62,146 nt of DNA, filler included, from Dugesia japonica (GCA_001938525.1; 6 parts of 6 records of this genome joined end to end with filler, not necessarily neighbours in it); one strand, 5' to 3'; shown: positions 25,901 through 39,661, counted from the first letter of the whole stretch. Numbers and translations: made by a program. The notes: generated by a model from the letters alone, not told the origin.

Positions 25901-28543
25901 GACAGCGGACCAGACTTTAGACAATCCTGAACTAAGCCGATTATTTTCAGACACTCTTTGTAAAGAGATGAGTTTTATACAATTATTATCCTTTGATATT
26001 AATTCGAAATACACCCTCTATTTACTAAAAAGTATGAAAGATTTAAGAAAACCGAGTAAAATTTAAAACCAACATAAACACAATAAAAATATAATGATTT
26101 CTATGAATTGCAAATCACTCCACACTTTTACTTCGACTTGGAGAACGTAAATGGATTCGCAAAGGAGCGTAAATCCATTCCAAATTTTATCTTTCTGAAA
26201 AATGGCAATAACCCCTGATCATTGAAATAAAAAATTCCAAAATGTATCTGATTTTTCGTAGCAATGAATTTTTATAAGTTTATTTATTAGAAATGATTAA
26301 TTTTGATAAAATGAAAGCTAACTTGTTACTAATTCAGGGGATACCGGTTCAAGTGTTGATACAATATCCCCGATTCCATATTGATTTACTCCAGCTACTC
26401 CAAAGTAATATTTTTTATCTGGTGATAAATTACCAATAGTAATTTTGTCGAGATAATGATCAACATTAGATATTTGAACCCACTGAGAATCAGGTTTATC
26501 TTCTTTCTGATAAATTAAGTAGCTATTAACATGATGTTGATGTTTCTGGCCATGTTTACACTCATTTGGAATTACCCATTGTATAGTAACACTAGAAGAT
26601 CCTTTTCCAATAACCTTTACCCATGCAGGAGCATCAGGAGCGAAATGGGCTTCTTCAATTGAGAAATCGTCTGATTGTAGCAATTCTCCAGTTCCATATT
26701 GATTTGTTGCTGAGATACAAAAATTATAAATTTTTCCTGGTAGAAGATTTTTAGCACGAATCGAATTTTCCCCATATGGTACTCTGCCAATTTTATACAT
26801 AACTGGACTATTTTTATATTTAATGAAACAATTAAAATGCGAAATAGGTGCATCTCCTTGATCAGTTGGATTTTTCCACGATATCAAAACTGAAGTGTCT
26901 GTAAAATCATTAAAATTTATTGGTGGATTTGGTTTATCTGGTGTACGAAATGGATTCACACAAACAATAGGTTCAATTGAGCATAAAGGAGAACTTTTTC
27001 CTTGATCGTTTTCAGCAGTTACTCTAAAATAATACTGATTACCCGGTTTAAGATTTTTTGCAACATAATTGCATGTTTCGGCATTAGGTGTGCGGCCAGT
27101 ATATTTCCAATTTATCCCATCAATACTATGTTCAATACTGTAACTTGTTGGGTTTCCGTGTAAAGATGGTTTCCATTTCAATTCAATGCTATTAAAAGAA
27201 TCACATGTTCCAACTAATGGACCAACAGGCTGAGACGGTATAATTGGATGTGTTCTCAAATTGAAAGGATTAGAATATAAAAATGAACCTGGTCCTAAAG
27301 AGTTATGTGCATTAACTCTGAAAGAATAAATTTTATCTGCATCTAGAATAGGAGTATTAAAAAATAGGTCGCTGGCTTTGCAATTTCCGAGATTCTCCCA
27401 GTCTTTATTATTGGTTTTTATTTCAACATCAAATTTATCAATTAACAAGCCACCGTCATCAAGAGGTAAATTCCACGATAAACGTAAATTATTATCTGAA
27501 GTCAATAAAAGTTTCATTGGACCTTCAGGAGCTGATGGTACTTTCTTCGGTCTATTAAAAGAAATAGATTGTTCAGATTCCAACCAATCACTTGGGCCCA
27601 CTTCATTAACTGCTTGTACTCGGAATTTATATGCATATCCATCTTTTAAACCACCTACATCATATTCAAGATTATCATTTTTTAATCGAGCAAGAGGAAT
27701 CCAGTCATTTTTCCCTCCAACTTCCTTAATTTGCAAATTGTAATTTTCAATAGGTTTGCCACCATCTAATTTTGGAGTTTTCCATTGGACTTTTACAGAA
27801 GAACTATCAAGTGATGTTGAAATCAAGGGTCCTTCGGGTTTTGACGGACATTCTGAAACAAAAAAAAATAATGACGTTACAAAAAATTTCCAATTTTTAA
27901 GTTAAATATTAATTTAAAAGTTTCTTACCATATGGACTCTTCAGAATAATCGGATTCAGAGCATTCAAATATTGACCTTCTCCGTTAATATTAGAAGCAC
28001 ACACTCTAATTCGGTATGGAACACCTGGAACTAATCCTTCGATAATACTTGATGTATTTATTGGATTTATTTTTATTGGTTGACTAAATCGATTTTTCTT
28101 CTCATCTTTATACTCTAATAAATAGTTTCTTAAAGGTTCATCGTGATCAGAAATTGGGGGTTTCCAGTTTACTTTCACGGAATTTGGCGAAACTTGACAC
28201 AACTCTAACGGTCCTTCCGGTATGTCAGGAACATCTGTTACTTGAAGATTTACAAGCACTTCATTCTTTCCAGCTTTATTAGAAGCTACAATTGCATAGG
28301 TTCCAGTTGAATCTTGTTTGACATTTGGTAAATTAACATAATAATTATTTCCATATTGTTCAACTTTCAACGTTTCCAACGGAATCGATTTTATGGGTTT
28401 TTTGATTATTTCTAATATTGGCTTTACATCTGATTGAATATATAAAGGAACTCGCAAATTTGAACCAGGACGAATTTTAAAATCTGAAGGCCCAATTAGA
28501 GATATTTCTGGTGGATCTGTTAAAAAGAAAAATTTATCACAAC

Positions 28544-28608
<65 letters not shown>

Positions 28609-28658
28609 NNNNNNNNNNNNNNNNNNNNNNNNNNNNNNNNNNNNNNNNNNNNNNNNNN

Positions 28659-28694
<36 letters not shown>

Positions 28695-30055
28695 CATGAA
28701 TTCTTAAATTTCACTTACTTATTGCAATTGGTACTGTTTCTTTAATAGCTTCTTTATACTCTCTAAGTTGTTCAATCAAATCTTTAGGACTTTTTAAAGA
28801 TTCAGAGACTTCGGAAACAATTTTCGGTTTTACCGCTTCTAAATAAATGTTTATTATTATTTATTTTAATTATTACACCCAATACCCTGTTTTAATATAA
28901 TCCATTCAGTTGGCAATGATGGTGCACTTTTACCATCGACATTTTTAGCCAGTACTCTAAATTGATATTTACATTTATTATTCAAATTAGTAACATTTAA
29001 ATAGGGTGTTTTGATTGGTTGTATTGTTATGGGAGTCCATAAATTCGTCATATCATCTTTTTGCTCTACAATAAACATGATAGGTGATGTAGTGGTTGTT
29101 TGAAGTGGATTCCACTTTAAATGAACCTTGTCCAATCCAATATCTTTTACTATTAGGTTTTCTGGCATAGATGGAACATCTGTAAAATATATCTATTCAT
29201 AAAATAATAAAAGACAAAGACATACCAATTATTTGTTGCAAAGAAATAGGTTGGTCTATCTCTACAAATTCACTTTTACCGATAGCGTTTTCAGCAGCTA
29301 CTCTGAAACTATAGGTTCCGTTAGGTGTTAAATTAAATACGTTTATATTATATTTTCTATCCCCAGAAGTTGTTCCACATCGAGTCCAATTATTGGGACT
29401 TGAACCGATAATTTCACGCTTTTCAATTATATAATTAACTATTTTTGAACCACCATCGTTAGTTGGAGGGCTCCACTCAACAATAGCACAATCAGACATG
29501 TTAGAAACTGCTTTAGCATTTTCCGGCGGAAATGGTCTTGTGAGAACATTTAAATGAATTTTAGCTGAGTATCGACCTGCTGAATTTTCTGCTACAATTT
29601 CATAATCACCGGCATCTTTTGGTGTCGTTGAATCAATAATCAAATTATATTTGTTTAAAGATTTTTCATTTAATTCATGTTTGTTGGACGATGAATCAAT
29701 AATTTTATTATCTTTCAGCCATTTAATTTTACATTCTGGATGACCTGTAACTGTGGCTGATAATGTTGATTTCTGTAATTCAGGTATTGATAATCCCATC
29801 GATGTTTTACTATCCAATTTAATCGTAGGTTTTTCTGAAAATGTTATTAAAAATTTTTGATTACATAAATTTAAAAATTTACCTTCTATTTCAACTTTAC
29901 ATGAAGTTTCAGCTTTCCCGAATTGATTTTCTAGTTTGCATAAATAAACACCTTCGTCATCAATCTTACATTTTTCTAATGTTACTGAACTTTGATTTTT
30001 TCCCGAGTTTACTTTTATTTTAGTCAAACCTCTGATAACTCGATTGTCTTTCAAC
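22919..30055 (-). CDS. Twitchin/titin/projectin-like Ig and fibronectin type III repeat muscle protein, partial, multi-exon
   Basis: Repeated Fn3 motifs (WxPPxxDGG, YxFRVxAxNxxGxS) and Ig motifs (DxGxY). Inferred exons with GT-AG boundaries: 29883-30055, 29226-29834, 28886-29179, 28719-28838, 27929-28516, 26323-27852, 22919-25298. Confidence 0.9.
28544..28692. repeat. (AAT)n microsatellite in an intron
   Basis: Directly visible; contains an N gap. Confidence 0.95.
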
Positions 30056-30306
30056 CTATTAAATAATAAAGTCACAAATACAATATTGTATTATCCAGAC
30101 TTAAACTAATCTAAAATCTCATCTTATTAATAGAAATTTTTCAAAAATATTAGAAAATTAAAATATGAAACCTTTTCATTCAAATTTTTACAAATTTGTA
30201 TCAATTTCTGTTTAGAAACCATTTACCATTAAACATGACAACTGTAATTTCACCAGTTTTTACATTAATTATTGTTTAATCATTCTTAGAAATTCTTGCT
30301 TTTTAA

Positions 30307-30556
30307 CCCTTTATCTACTGCATTATGAACTACTGAAAATTTCTTCATAAATATATTTTTTTATATTTTCGAAAATAGCTTTCTTCCTCGCAAAATTCAT
30401 CAGCCTAGAACAACTACTGCCATCTATCATGAAAAATTANNNNNNNNNNNNNNNNNNNNNNNNNNNNNNNNNNNNNNNNNNNNNNNNNNNNNNNNTTGTT
30501 GTGCTATAAGGTTTTTAAGTGATTGGTACTTATAAGTACCGTCAGTAGATAAAGGG
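30307..30556. mobile_element. piggyBac-type MITE
   Basis: Perfect 14-bp TIR CCCTTTATCTACTG / CAGTAGATAAAGGG, flanked by TTAA on both sides. Confidence 0.85.
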
Positions 30557-30814
30557 TTAAAGTTATTTTTATTGTAATTTTAGACATTTAATTCCAAATT
30601 TTTCCAATTAAAGATTCATCATGTCTCACATATACGGCTCTTTAAACTTTAATATATTTGGTAAAATAAAACTACTCATAATCAAAATTTCNNNNNNNNN
30701 NNNNNNNNNNNNNNNNNNNNNNNNNNNNNNNNNNNNNNNNNNNNNNNNNNNNNNNNNNNNNNNNNNNNNNNNNNNNNNNNNNNNNNNNNNNNNNNNNNNN
30801 NNNNNNNNNNATGT

Positions 30815-31433
30815 AGATTGAGCGGAAAACAAATGAAAAATCAAGAGGTCAGAAGTACAGTTTTGCTTCAACGGAACCAAAGATGGAAATTGGGTTTATT
30901 TTGAGTATTCCATCGCAGAAAATTATGGGTTGATTCAATTTAATCCGTGAACATCGTCAGCAAAACCTAATCGCTTTGGAAAGAAGACAATGCTCTGTGT
31001 TTTGTAGAATCAGAAAATGTGATATATCATGAACTTTTAAAACTTGGTGAAACTATTGAATACTAATCGCTTCTAACAAGAAAGAATCAATTTGAATAAT
31101 TTATTAATAGTGAAACGACCAAAATGGATAAGAAAACACATAAAGTCGTTTTACTTCAGGACAACGCACCATATTACACTTTAAAATCAGTTAAATACAG
31201 GTTAAAAGATCTTGCCTGGAAATTATTATCCAATTGTCTGGTTCTTTTAGATTACTGCATGTTCCGATCGATGGCTTATGCACTTTCTAAGACCGACGTC
31301 AAAAGTTATGAAAGAATGAGGCCATGTGTAACTAGCAATAGATTTTACTATAAATAAAGCGCTCTTAAAGTTTCTCTTGAAATTATTGTCTTATTTTATT
31401 ATAAAATCAGCATTATAACACGGTACACCTAAT
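30815..31433 (+). mobile_element. mariner transposon remnant
   Basis: GKKTMLCV, IYHELLK, VVLLQDNAP and DYCMFRSM; mariner-like end GGTACACCTAA-TA. Confidence 0.8.
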
Positions 31434-31580
31434 ATTTCCGAAATTCATTCAATTTTAATAACTAATCTTTAAAATAAAATAGAGAGTAAAATAAAAAAAA
31501 TAAGCGCCTCTTACATTGATATTTAAAGATAATATATGTACTAGAACATAACATTAAAAATAATATAAATGATTTAGTGC

Positions 31581-31612
31581 TCCCTGAAGAAGACGATAGT
31601 CGAAAATTTGGA
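31581..31612 (+). ncRNA. Minimal hammerhead ribozyme motif, second sequence family; degenerate inverted copy at 31725-31756
   Basis: TCC-CTGAAGA-A-GAC.GATA.GTC-GAAA-ATT-T-GGA. Confidence 0.6.
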
Positions 31613-32361
31613 AATATAATAATATTCTGTTTTGATTTACGCATTTTAATTTTTAATGTCGATTTATTTACATTAATAAATATATGATTAAAATGTTTAA
31701 TTTTCTTTAATTTCCTGTTAAAGACTCAAATTTTCGACATTAGTCTAATTCAGGGTTTCACTTTCAGGTTCTAAGTTTTTTTATCTATTGAAACTATAAA
31801 ATTTCAATCAATGGTTAAGTCCAGCAATTATTCCAGTAATAATTGTAATTGTAATTGTAAAAAGTATATAGTATTAAAAATTGCAGAATTTCAATATCGT
31901 ATATTTAACAAAATACTCTAAAGATCTAAAACTCATAAATATTAGCGGAAATGTTGCTTTTCATTCTTCATTTAAAGACTTTGGGATAACGCTGCATTTA
32001 GATGTTGGAATTTAATAAAAGACTACGTTAAGGGTTCCTAACCTTTTTGTAGTGCGATTGCAATCGGATTTGAAAATAAATAAATAAAAGTATTATGTCC
32101 ATTATTATAATATACATTTTGTAACATATATTTCCAATAATATTATATATTTATTTAAAAAATCGAATTAGAACGATCTTGGACACTACATTTTATTTGC
32201 TAATTTTTCACAGTTTGAAATGTAAGATGATAATCTCAATCGTAAACAATCATCTAGGTTGNNNNNNNNNNNNNNNNNNNNNNNNNNNNNNNNNNNNNNN
32301 NNNNNTTAATTAATTAANNNNNNNNNNNNNNNNNNNNNNNNNNNNNNNNNNNNNNNNNNNN

Positions 32362-34234
32362 TATGTTTATGAAGTAGATTTAGAATATCCACCTGAGATT
32401 CATGAGAAAACAAAATATTTTCCATTAGCACCAGATAGAATAAATATTACACAAGAGATGTTAAGTAATTATCAAAAGAGTTTTAATAGAAAATTATCAA
32501 AGAAAAATGAAAAGCTAACATTAAATTTTGGAGATAAAGAAAATTATATATGTTTAGGAAGTACTTTAGATTTATATTTAAAACTTGGAATGAACATTAA
32601 AAAGATTCATAATAAATATAAAATGCCAGTAAAAACATGGTTAAAAGATTATATATTATTTAATATTGAACAAAGAAAAATAGCTAAAAGAAATAAAGAT
32701 GAATTTGGAGATTTCTTTTTTAAATTATTAAACAATTCATTTTATGGTAAAACATTAGAAAATATTAAGAAAAGATGTAATGTTAAAATTGTAGCGAGAG
32801 ATGAAGACATTCAAAAGTTAGCAAGTAAACCAACATATTTAGGATGTAAAGTGTTTTCAGAAAGATCTGCAGCAATACATTTAGAACAAACTAATTTAAA
32901 ATATGATAAATAAGTTTCAATATATAGGTTTCACAATTCTTGAACATGCGAAAGAAGTAATGTATGATTTTGTATATAATCAATTAGATCCTTTAATTGG
33001 ACATGATAATTATAAAATACATTACAGTGATAGTGTAACATTNNNNNNNNNNNNNNNNNNNNNNNNNNNNNNNNNNNNNNNNNNNNNNNNNNAATTAGAT
33101 CCTTTAATTGGACATGATAATTATAAAATACATTACAGTGATAGTGTAACATTTGACACTCCAATAATCTTAAGGAAAAATAATAAAGTTGAAATTAAAA
33201 AGATTTCAGAAATAAATCAATCTTACATAAAAAATTATTATAATGACAAATATTATTCTTATCCTGAAAATTATGAGATATGGACAAAAAATAATTGGGT
33301 TAAATTAAATAAATTAATTAAGCACACGATAAATAAAAAGATGTATAGAGTTAGAACTAAAATGGGGATTGTAGATGTTACTGAAGATCATTCATTATTA
33401 AATGAAAATGGATAAGAAATTAAACCGATAATTTAACATGTGAAACTAAATTATTACATAATAAAATTAAAAAGTTAATATCTTTAAATAAAAATATTAC
33501 ATGTGAGATTTTAAATAAAATAATTATAGATAAAGAATCTTTAGCCAAAGCATATTATTTGGGAACACTCTTAGAAATGAATTTAATTATTACAGAAGAT
33601 TTAAAACTTGATGAATCAACTTAAGAAATTGAAACTAATATGCAAAGTGTAACATTTTTAAGAGAAAGTATTGAAGATGTATATGATATCGAAACTGAAG
33701 ATGGATCATTCAATTGTGGATTTCATTTATTAATAAAAAATACTGATTCTATGTGTTGAGATATTTGGAAGAGATAATTTAGAAAATTTAAAATTAATAT
33801 TAGGAGATGAATTATTTCAGATGAAAGACGAAATGCCTAATGATGAAATATTAAAATTAATTTGTTTAAAAGCTAAATCATATGCTTTTGAATTTAATAG
33901 AAATGAATTAATAAAGAAACATAAAGGTGTTCAACAATTTAATAAATTTCTTAAAAGTGATTTTGAAAAAGTTATATACGATCCAAAAGAAACAGTATTA
34001 GGTGAAAATTATTCTATTAAATCTTTCTTACATGATTTAAAAATTAATCAACAAAGTAAAATTGCTTTCACTGGATTTGATGATAAAAGATTAATTGAAG
34101 ATAATGGAGAAATAACTTATGGTCATCATTTTAGATATTATTGTGAAAAATGTAACTATTATCATTTAATGTTAAATAAAATTAATAACATTTTAATTCC
34201 AAGAAATAATTCACCATGTATATTTTTCTTATAA
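32362..34234 (+). pseudogene. polB: Polinton/adintovirus-type family B DNA polymerase, C-terminal half, intein-containing
   Basis: YEVDLEYP..IH..FPLAP, FFKLLNNSFYGKTLEN, IGFTILEHAK, split YSD|TDS, MKDE, LKAKSY, HKGV, FDDKR. Confidence 0.9.
33143..33741 (+). other. Mini-intein (Hint domain) in PolB motif C
   Basis: Block A SVTFDTPII, block B VDVTEDHSLL, block F DVYDIETEDGSF, block G LIKN|T. About 200 codons with two stops and one frameshift. Confidence 0.9.
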
Positions 34235-34249
34235 GAAATGAGTGGAGAA

Positions 34250-35660
34250 ATGGATAATCTATTTCTATCTTTCTTTTTTAATATGAATTAAACCACCTCT
34301 AGATACGTAATATGTAAATGTTACTGCATTATGATTAATATTAATGATGTTATTAAATCTTTAATTGTAGAATAACCTCTTATCTCCAAATAAAGTTTAG
34401 TATTAATATTTACTGTTAAATTAATAATAAATGGTTCATCGAGACGATAATAAAATTTATTTGCAATTTTTACCATTTCTTATAAAATCTACATTAAGTA
34501 TAGATATTTCAGATGGAAAATAAAACCCTGGTAAATCCCCATCTTTGGAATGAGGAATGAAAATATTAAATATTAAATTAGAATGAATATCAGTAATTAT
34601 AAAAGGTAAGTAATTATCAATTAACACTCTTAAACTTTTATGTATTGATTCAGAAAAGGTTTCTTTATATTGTTTTAATAAAAAATAAATTCTATCCCCC
34701 AAAAGTTTGTGTAGTCTTGGTTTTATTCTTTCAATTTCATCAACAATTTTTAATTTTAACAAATTAACACTTAATTCATGTAAATAAATTTTTTTTGGTA
34801 AAATTATTTCAACATAGTTTATAATACTATCTTTATTAATTTCACTGCTTTCATTGTAAATTTTTATATTACTATCTCTAGGTGTATTTTATGAAAATGA
34901 TTGTGTAAAATGATTAATTTTAATGATATATGTAAATTTTTCAATTTCACAATAACCCTCTATATTTATACAAAGTTTTTCATTAATGTTTGCATGTAAA
35001 AAATAGAAAAATATCTTCAAGATAGAAATATTGTTTAGTTTTCAAAGTTTTCATTTTACCCTTTCTTTCAAAATCTAAATTATATACATACTTATCCATA
35101 ATAGAAAATTGTGCAAGAATTTCATAATAGATAATTGGAAATATTATGATAACACTAGTCCTAAAAACATAAAGTAAGTAATTATCAATTAACCCTTTTA
35201 GACTTTTAAGTGTGGATTCGGAAGTATTTTCTTTATATTCTTTTACTAAAATATTAATTCTATCAATAGAAATTTTATGTAGTTTTGGTTATATTCTTTC
35301 AATTTATTTAAATATTGCTTCAGGAATTTTTATAAATTCTATAGTTAAATTATGTAAATAAATTCCTTTTGGTAAAATTATTGAAATAAAGTTTATATTA
35401 GTATCTTTATTAATTTCGGTGCTTTCATTGTAAATTTTTATAATATTATCTCCATTACGTTTAATATATAAAAATGATGATGAAATTTTATTAATTTTAA
35501 TAGTGTAATTAAAAAAATTAATTTCACAATAACCCTCTATATTTATAAAAATTTTTCATTAATCTTTGTATGTAAAGATATAAAAAAGGGTTCTTCAAGA
35601 TAGAAATGTTGTATATCTTTCAAAGTTATCATTTTACCATTTTTTATAAAATCACCTTGA
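34250..35660 (-). pseudogene. Unknown decayed ORF(s) made of diverged tandem units of about 585 nt
   Basis: Unit starts DFIKNGK / DFERKGK / DFIRNGK near 35655, 35075 and 34490; IERIKPRLHK..LIDNYL occurs twice. Confidence 0.55.
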
Positions 35661-38600
35661 ATTATTTCAGAATTCGGCATTTCATCCTTCATCTGAAATA
35701 AATTATTTCCTAATATACTTTCTAATTTTGTTAAATTTTCTCTACTTTTTATCTCAACAAAGATACAGTCAGTATTTTTTAGAATTAATGGAAATCCACA
35801 GTTAAATGATACATCGCTTGTTTTAAACTTTCTCTTAAAAATGTTATGCTTTAAACATTAGTTTCAATTTCTGATTTTGTTTCTGTAAGTTTAAAATCTT
35901 CTGTAATAATTAAATTCATTCCTAAAGATGTTCCCGAATAATATGCTTTAGCTAAAGATTCTTTATCTGTAAATGTTTTATTTAAAATATCATCTGTAAA
36001 TGTTTTATCTGTAATAGAGAATATTTTATTATGAAGTAATTTAGTTTTACTGTTTACATCTGTTGGTTTAATTTGTTCTCCATTTTCATTTAATAGTGAT
36101 TCCCATCTTTGTTCTCACTCTATAAATCTTTTTGATTGTTGAATGTTTAATTACTTTGTTTAATTTACTTCATCCACCTTTGGTCCATATTTCATAATTT
36201 TCTGGATAAGAATAATAATTTACCATCAATATTTTTTGTGTAAAATTGATTTATTTCTGAAATCTTTTTATTATAAATTTATTATTCTTTCTAAAAATTA
36301 TTAGAGTGTCCTTTGTCACACTATCACTGTGATGTATTTTATAATTATTTTCTTCTATTAAAGGATCCATTTTATTGTATATAAAATCATATATTACTTC
36401 TTTAGCATGTTCAAGAATTGTGAAACTTATACAAGGAAATTTATTATATCTTAATTTGCCTTTTACCATATGCATTGCTGCAATTTCGGCTTCGTGATTA
36501 TCATTTGTTGTTAAAATTTTACTTGATTTAAAATTTATTTTAGATGCAAATTTTTGATAATCTTTGTCATTGTCAACTATTTCTATGTTACACCTATTTC
36601 TAATATTTTCTAGTAATTTTCGATAGAAAGCATTTAACATTAATTTATAAATATAATCACTGAAAACATCACTATTTATTTTAGCTTCTTTTCTTAAAGC
36701 TAATTATTTATGAACATAATCCTTGAACCATGGAGATGTTCTCATTAAAATTGTCTTGTGTACTTTTATTAATTTCATTCCAAGTTTTAAATATAAATCT
36801 CAAGTGGAACCTAGAAATACATATTTTTTCTTATCAAATTGATTTAGTGTAAGTTAAATATTATCTTTGGATAATTTCTTATTAAAACTCTTTTGATAAT
36901 TACTTAACATGTCTTGTGTAATATTTAATCTTTCTGGACATAATGGAAAATATTTTGTCTTATCATGTATTTCTGGTAGATATTCTAGGTCGACTTCATA
37001 AATGTAATTCATTGTATCGTTTGCTTCAGTATAAATCAAATCTGTGGATTTATACATTTCCCCTGTTGGTAACGGTCGTGTCATGCATGCTCCATATAAA
37101 CTGTTTTGATCAATATATTTAATAAATGTTTCTTCAAATAAACTTTCAATATATTCATCGGGAATAAACTCATGTATATTCATCATTTCTATGAAATCGT
37201 CATACTGTCGTTTATTTAATTTTCTATTTACATCTCGTAATTTATTATAACTAAATACTTGTCTTTGACCTAATTCTCCAGAATATCCACCTCTAATACC
37301 TTCTTCAACTACTAAGAAAGTATCATAAGTTTCGGATTTCACATATTTTAGTTAAACAGCCGCATTTAACATTCCTGTTTCCAAAGCATATCCTGGTGCT
37401 GAATATGAATAACATGGATCTAATCTAAGAATATTATTTAAACATGAATCACGAAAGTTTTCTAAGAAATCTGCAAGGATTAAAACATCAAGTTTCATAT
37501 AGTGCATAATGTAATCCCACATGTTATTGAAATCCTGAGAGACGTCATTTAGAAATGCCGCATATTCTTCTTCACTCATTTCTTTTTGTGTAAGTGTATT
37601 GAAAAAACTTGTCTCGTTGGAATCGTATCGGATTTTAACAATTGTTCTACATCATTAATATTTAATCCTTTTACATACTCATATGGAAAATGTGCTTTCT
37701 TTGGTAATATATTAAATGAATTTAATATTGGATAATTACCTGATTGTGTTAATAGTTTTCCCATTACTTCTATTGATGTGAATGGAAGTAATCTTGCTGA
37801 ATCCAGAAATCTAACATCTTCATATTGAAATGAAATGTAATTATCAGTGGCGTGTGGTATTATTTTTTTTACCTTTGATGGAAATTTTGTCAATAATTCT
37901 CTTAAGAATAAATGGTTATCATATCCTGATGCGTATTGAAAATAAAATAGTATAAATAAATGTTTGTCTGATAAACGATCATTTATGTTACATCATTTAC
38001 ATCATTTACATGACCCACGAAATTCTCCATTAAAATGATTATGATCTTTTACTGGGGTTCCATATAGTTTTTTCTCACAATATCTACATTTTGTGTCTGG
38101 TGTAAATTCTGGATGATTGGTTTCTGTGTATTCTTTTATTAATTTATTTTCCTTAATATCTTGTAATTTATTATTAATATCTTCTAAAAACGTAAAGAAA
38201 TCTCTATAAATATTTTCACCTGAAAATTAGTAATATTTACTTTCAAATAAATCTGTGTAATCACTTTGAAGATAAATAACTAATGATAATGCTTTTTGTT
38301 TTTTAGCAAGTGTATCTGTGTAAGCCTCAAAATCTCCAAGAAGTATAAATGGAATTTTATTTTTTTGATAATGCTTTTTAAAATAATAATAATCTTCATA
38401 TTGAAAAAAAAATGTTATTTGGTTTATGTCTAATGCTCGCTTCTTGATGATTCATTAATAATTCTTCACTGGAATAACATTTCATACATCGGATACATGG
38501 ATAATTTCTATTTCTATTCGCAGCGAAAAATGCACCTAAATCTCTACACAAAATATAATGATCCTTATACACTAAAAAATTACATTTAATTCCTCTGGTA

Positions 38601-39661
38601 ATGGTTTTCTTGTATTATAAGAAATGTGTTATGGTTCAAGTTTTTTTAGTAGCATTTACTCCATATACATTTAATTGAAAGTTATTTAAATTCTCGAAAT
38701 TTTTTTATATAATCAATATTCATAGGAAATTTAAATCCATGATATCTTAAATCTGATAAATAAGGAATGTATTTTTCTACTCGTGTTGGATGATCAACTA
38801 CATATTTATGTGCTAAGATTGAATAAAGAAAACATTTATTATCTTTATTTTCTATGTTGATTACACCTGGTTTATGAAATGGTAATTTGCAATATGTTGC
38901 TCTACCTAATGAACGACATTTACTTAAATCAATTTTATAATCCACAATTTGCATCATTGTCCAACCTGATCCTTCATCTTCAATATATCGTTGTAATTCA
39001 TTAAACATTTCATTAACACCTTTTTCTATATCATTTTCAATTGTAAATCGTTTATTGTTTGTATATGAAATAAATCTCTTTCAACATTTTCACTATTTAT
39101 TTCTTTTGTATATTTACATTTTACTGTCATACTTATAACAATTCTTTTCCATAGTTAAAATATTTGGTAATGATTTCTTTTACTTCATTTTGAAAGTCAC
39201 TAATTTCTCTAACTGGGATTATCTATTATTTCATCTACATTTCTTTTCATTAACACTTTACTTTCCTTAAAATATTAAATTTCAAAATCCTTATAAATTC
39301 TAAAAATATCTCTAATTTCTGGATCGAAATCAATTGCTTCTTCACCAGCTAATTCTCCAAATAAAACTCTATTTACCTTTTCTTTATGTTTGTCAGAATT
39401 TAAATGTGTTTTTGCATGATTTTGTCTTGTAAACCGTTTGTTACATATTAAACAACGTAATGGAACAATATTTAGATTTCCACAAACTGTTGAATTTAAA
39501 TGTTCTAGTAAACCATTTTCTGTTATAAATGATCGATGACATATTTCACATTGAAATGTTCTTTCTTCTCTGAAACAAGTTCGAGATCTAACATGTCCTA
39601 TTAAACCTGCTAAATTTCTAAACAACTTTCTACAATTATTACATCTTATTATATCACTCAT
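35660..39661 (-). pseudogene. polB: Second Polinton/adintovirus-type PolB ORF: C2H2 fingers, GSGW domain, endonuclease VII-like Zn motif, 3'-5' exonuclease and intein-containing polymerase
   Basis: Three C2H2 fingers (39275-39661), GSGW..NKCFLYSILA, CRYC..KDHNH..GEFRG, SGYDNHLF, FLDS, FPYEY, DVLILAD..ENFR, GIRGGYS, YIDQNSLYG, HSD|TDC, MKDE; many stops and frameshifts. Confidence 0.88.
35774..36322 (-). other. Mini-intein, second and more decayed copy
   Basis: HSD|SVTKDTLII ... SFNCGFPLILKN|TDC; deletions remove most of block B and part of block F. Confidence 0.85.

Noticed and set aside
28511-28714. Poly-Tyr/Asn/Ile ORFs, also at 46296-46679
   Set aside because: Translations of (AAT)n microsatellites.
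32982-33152. Duplication of the intein N-terminal junction
   Set aside because: Identical sequence on both sides of an N gap indicates an unmerged contig overlap.
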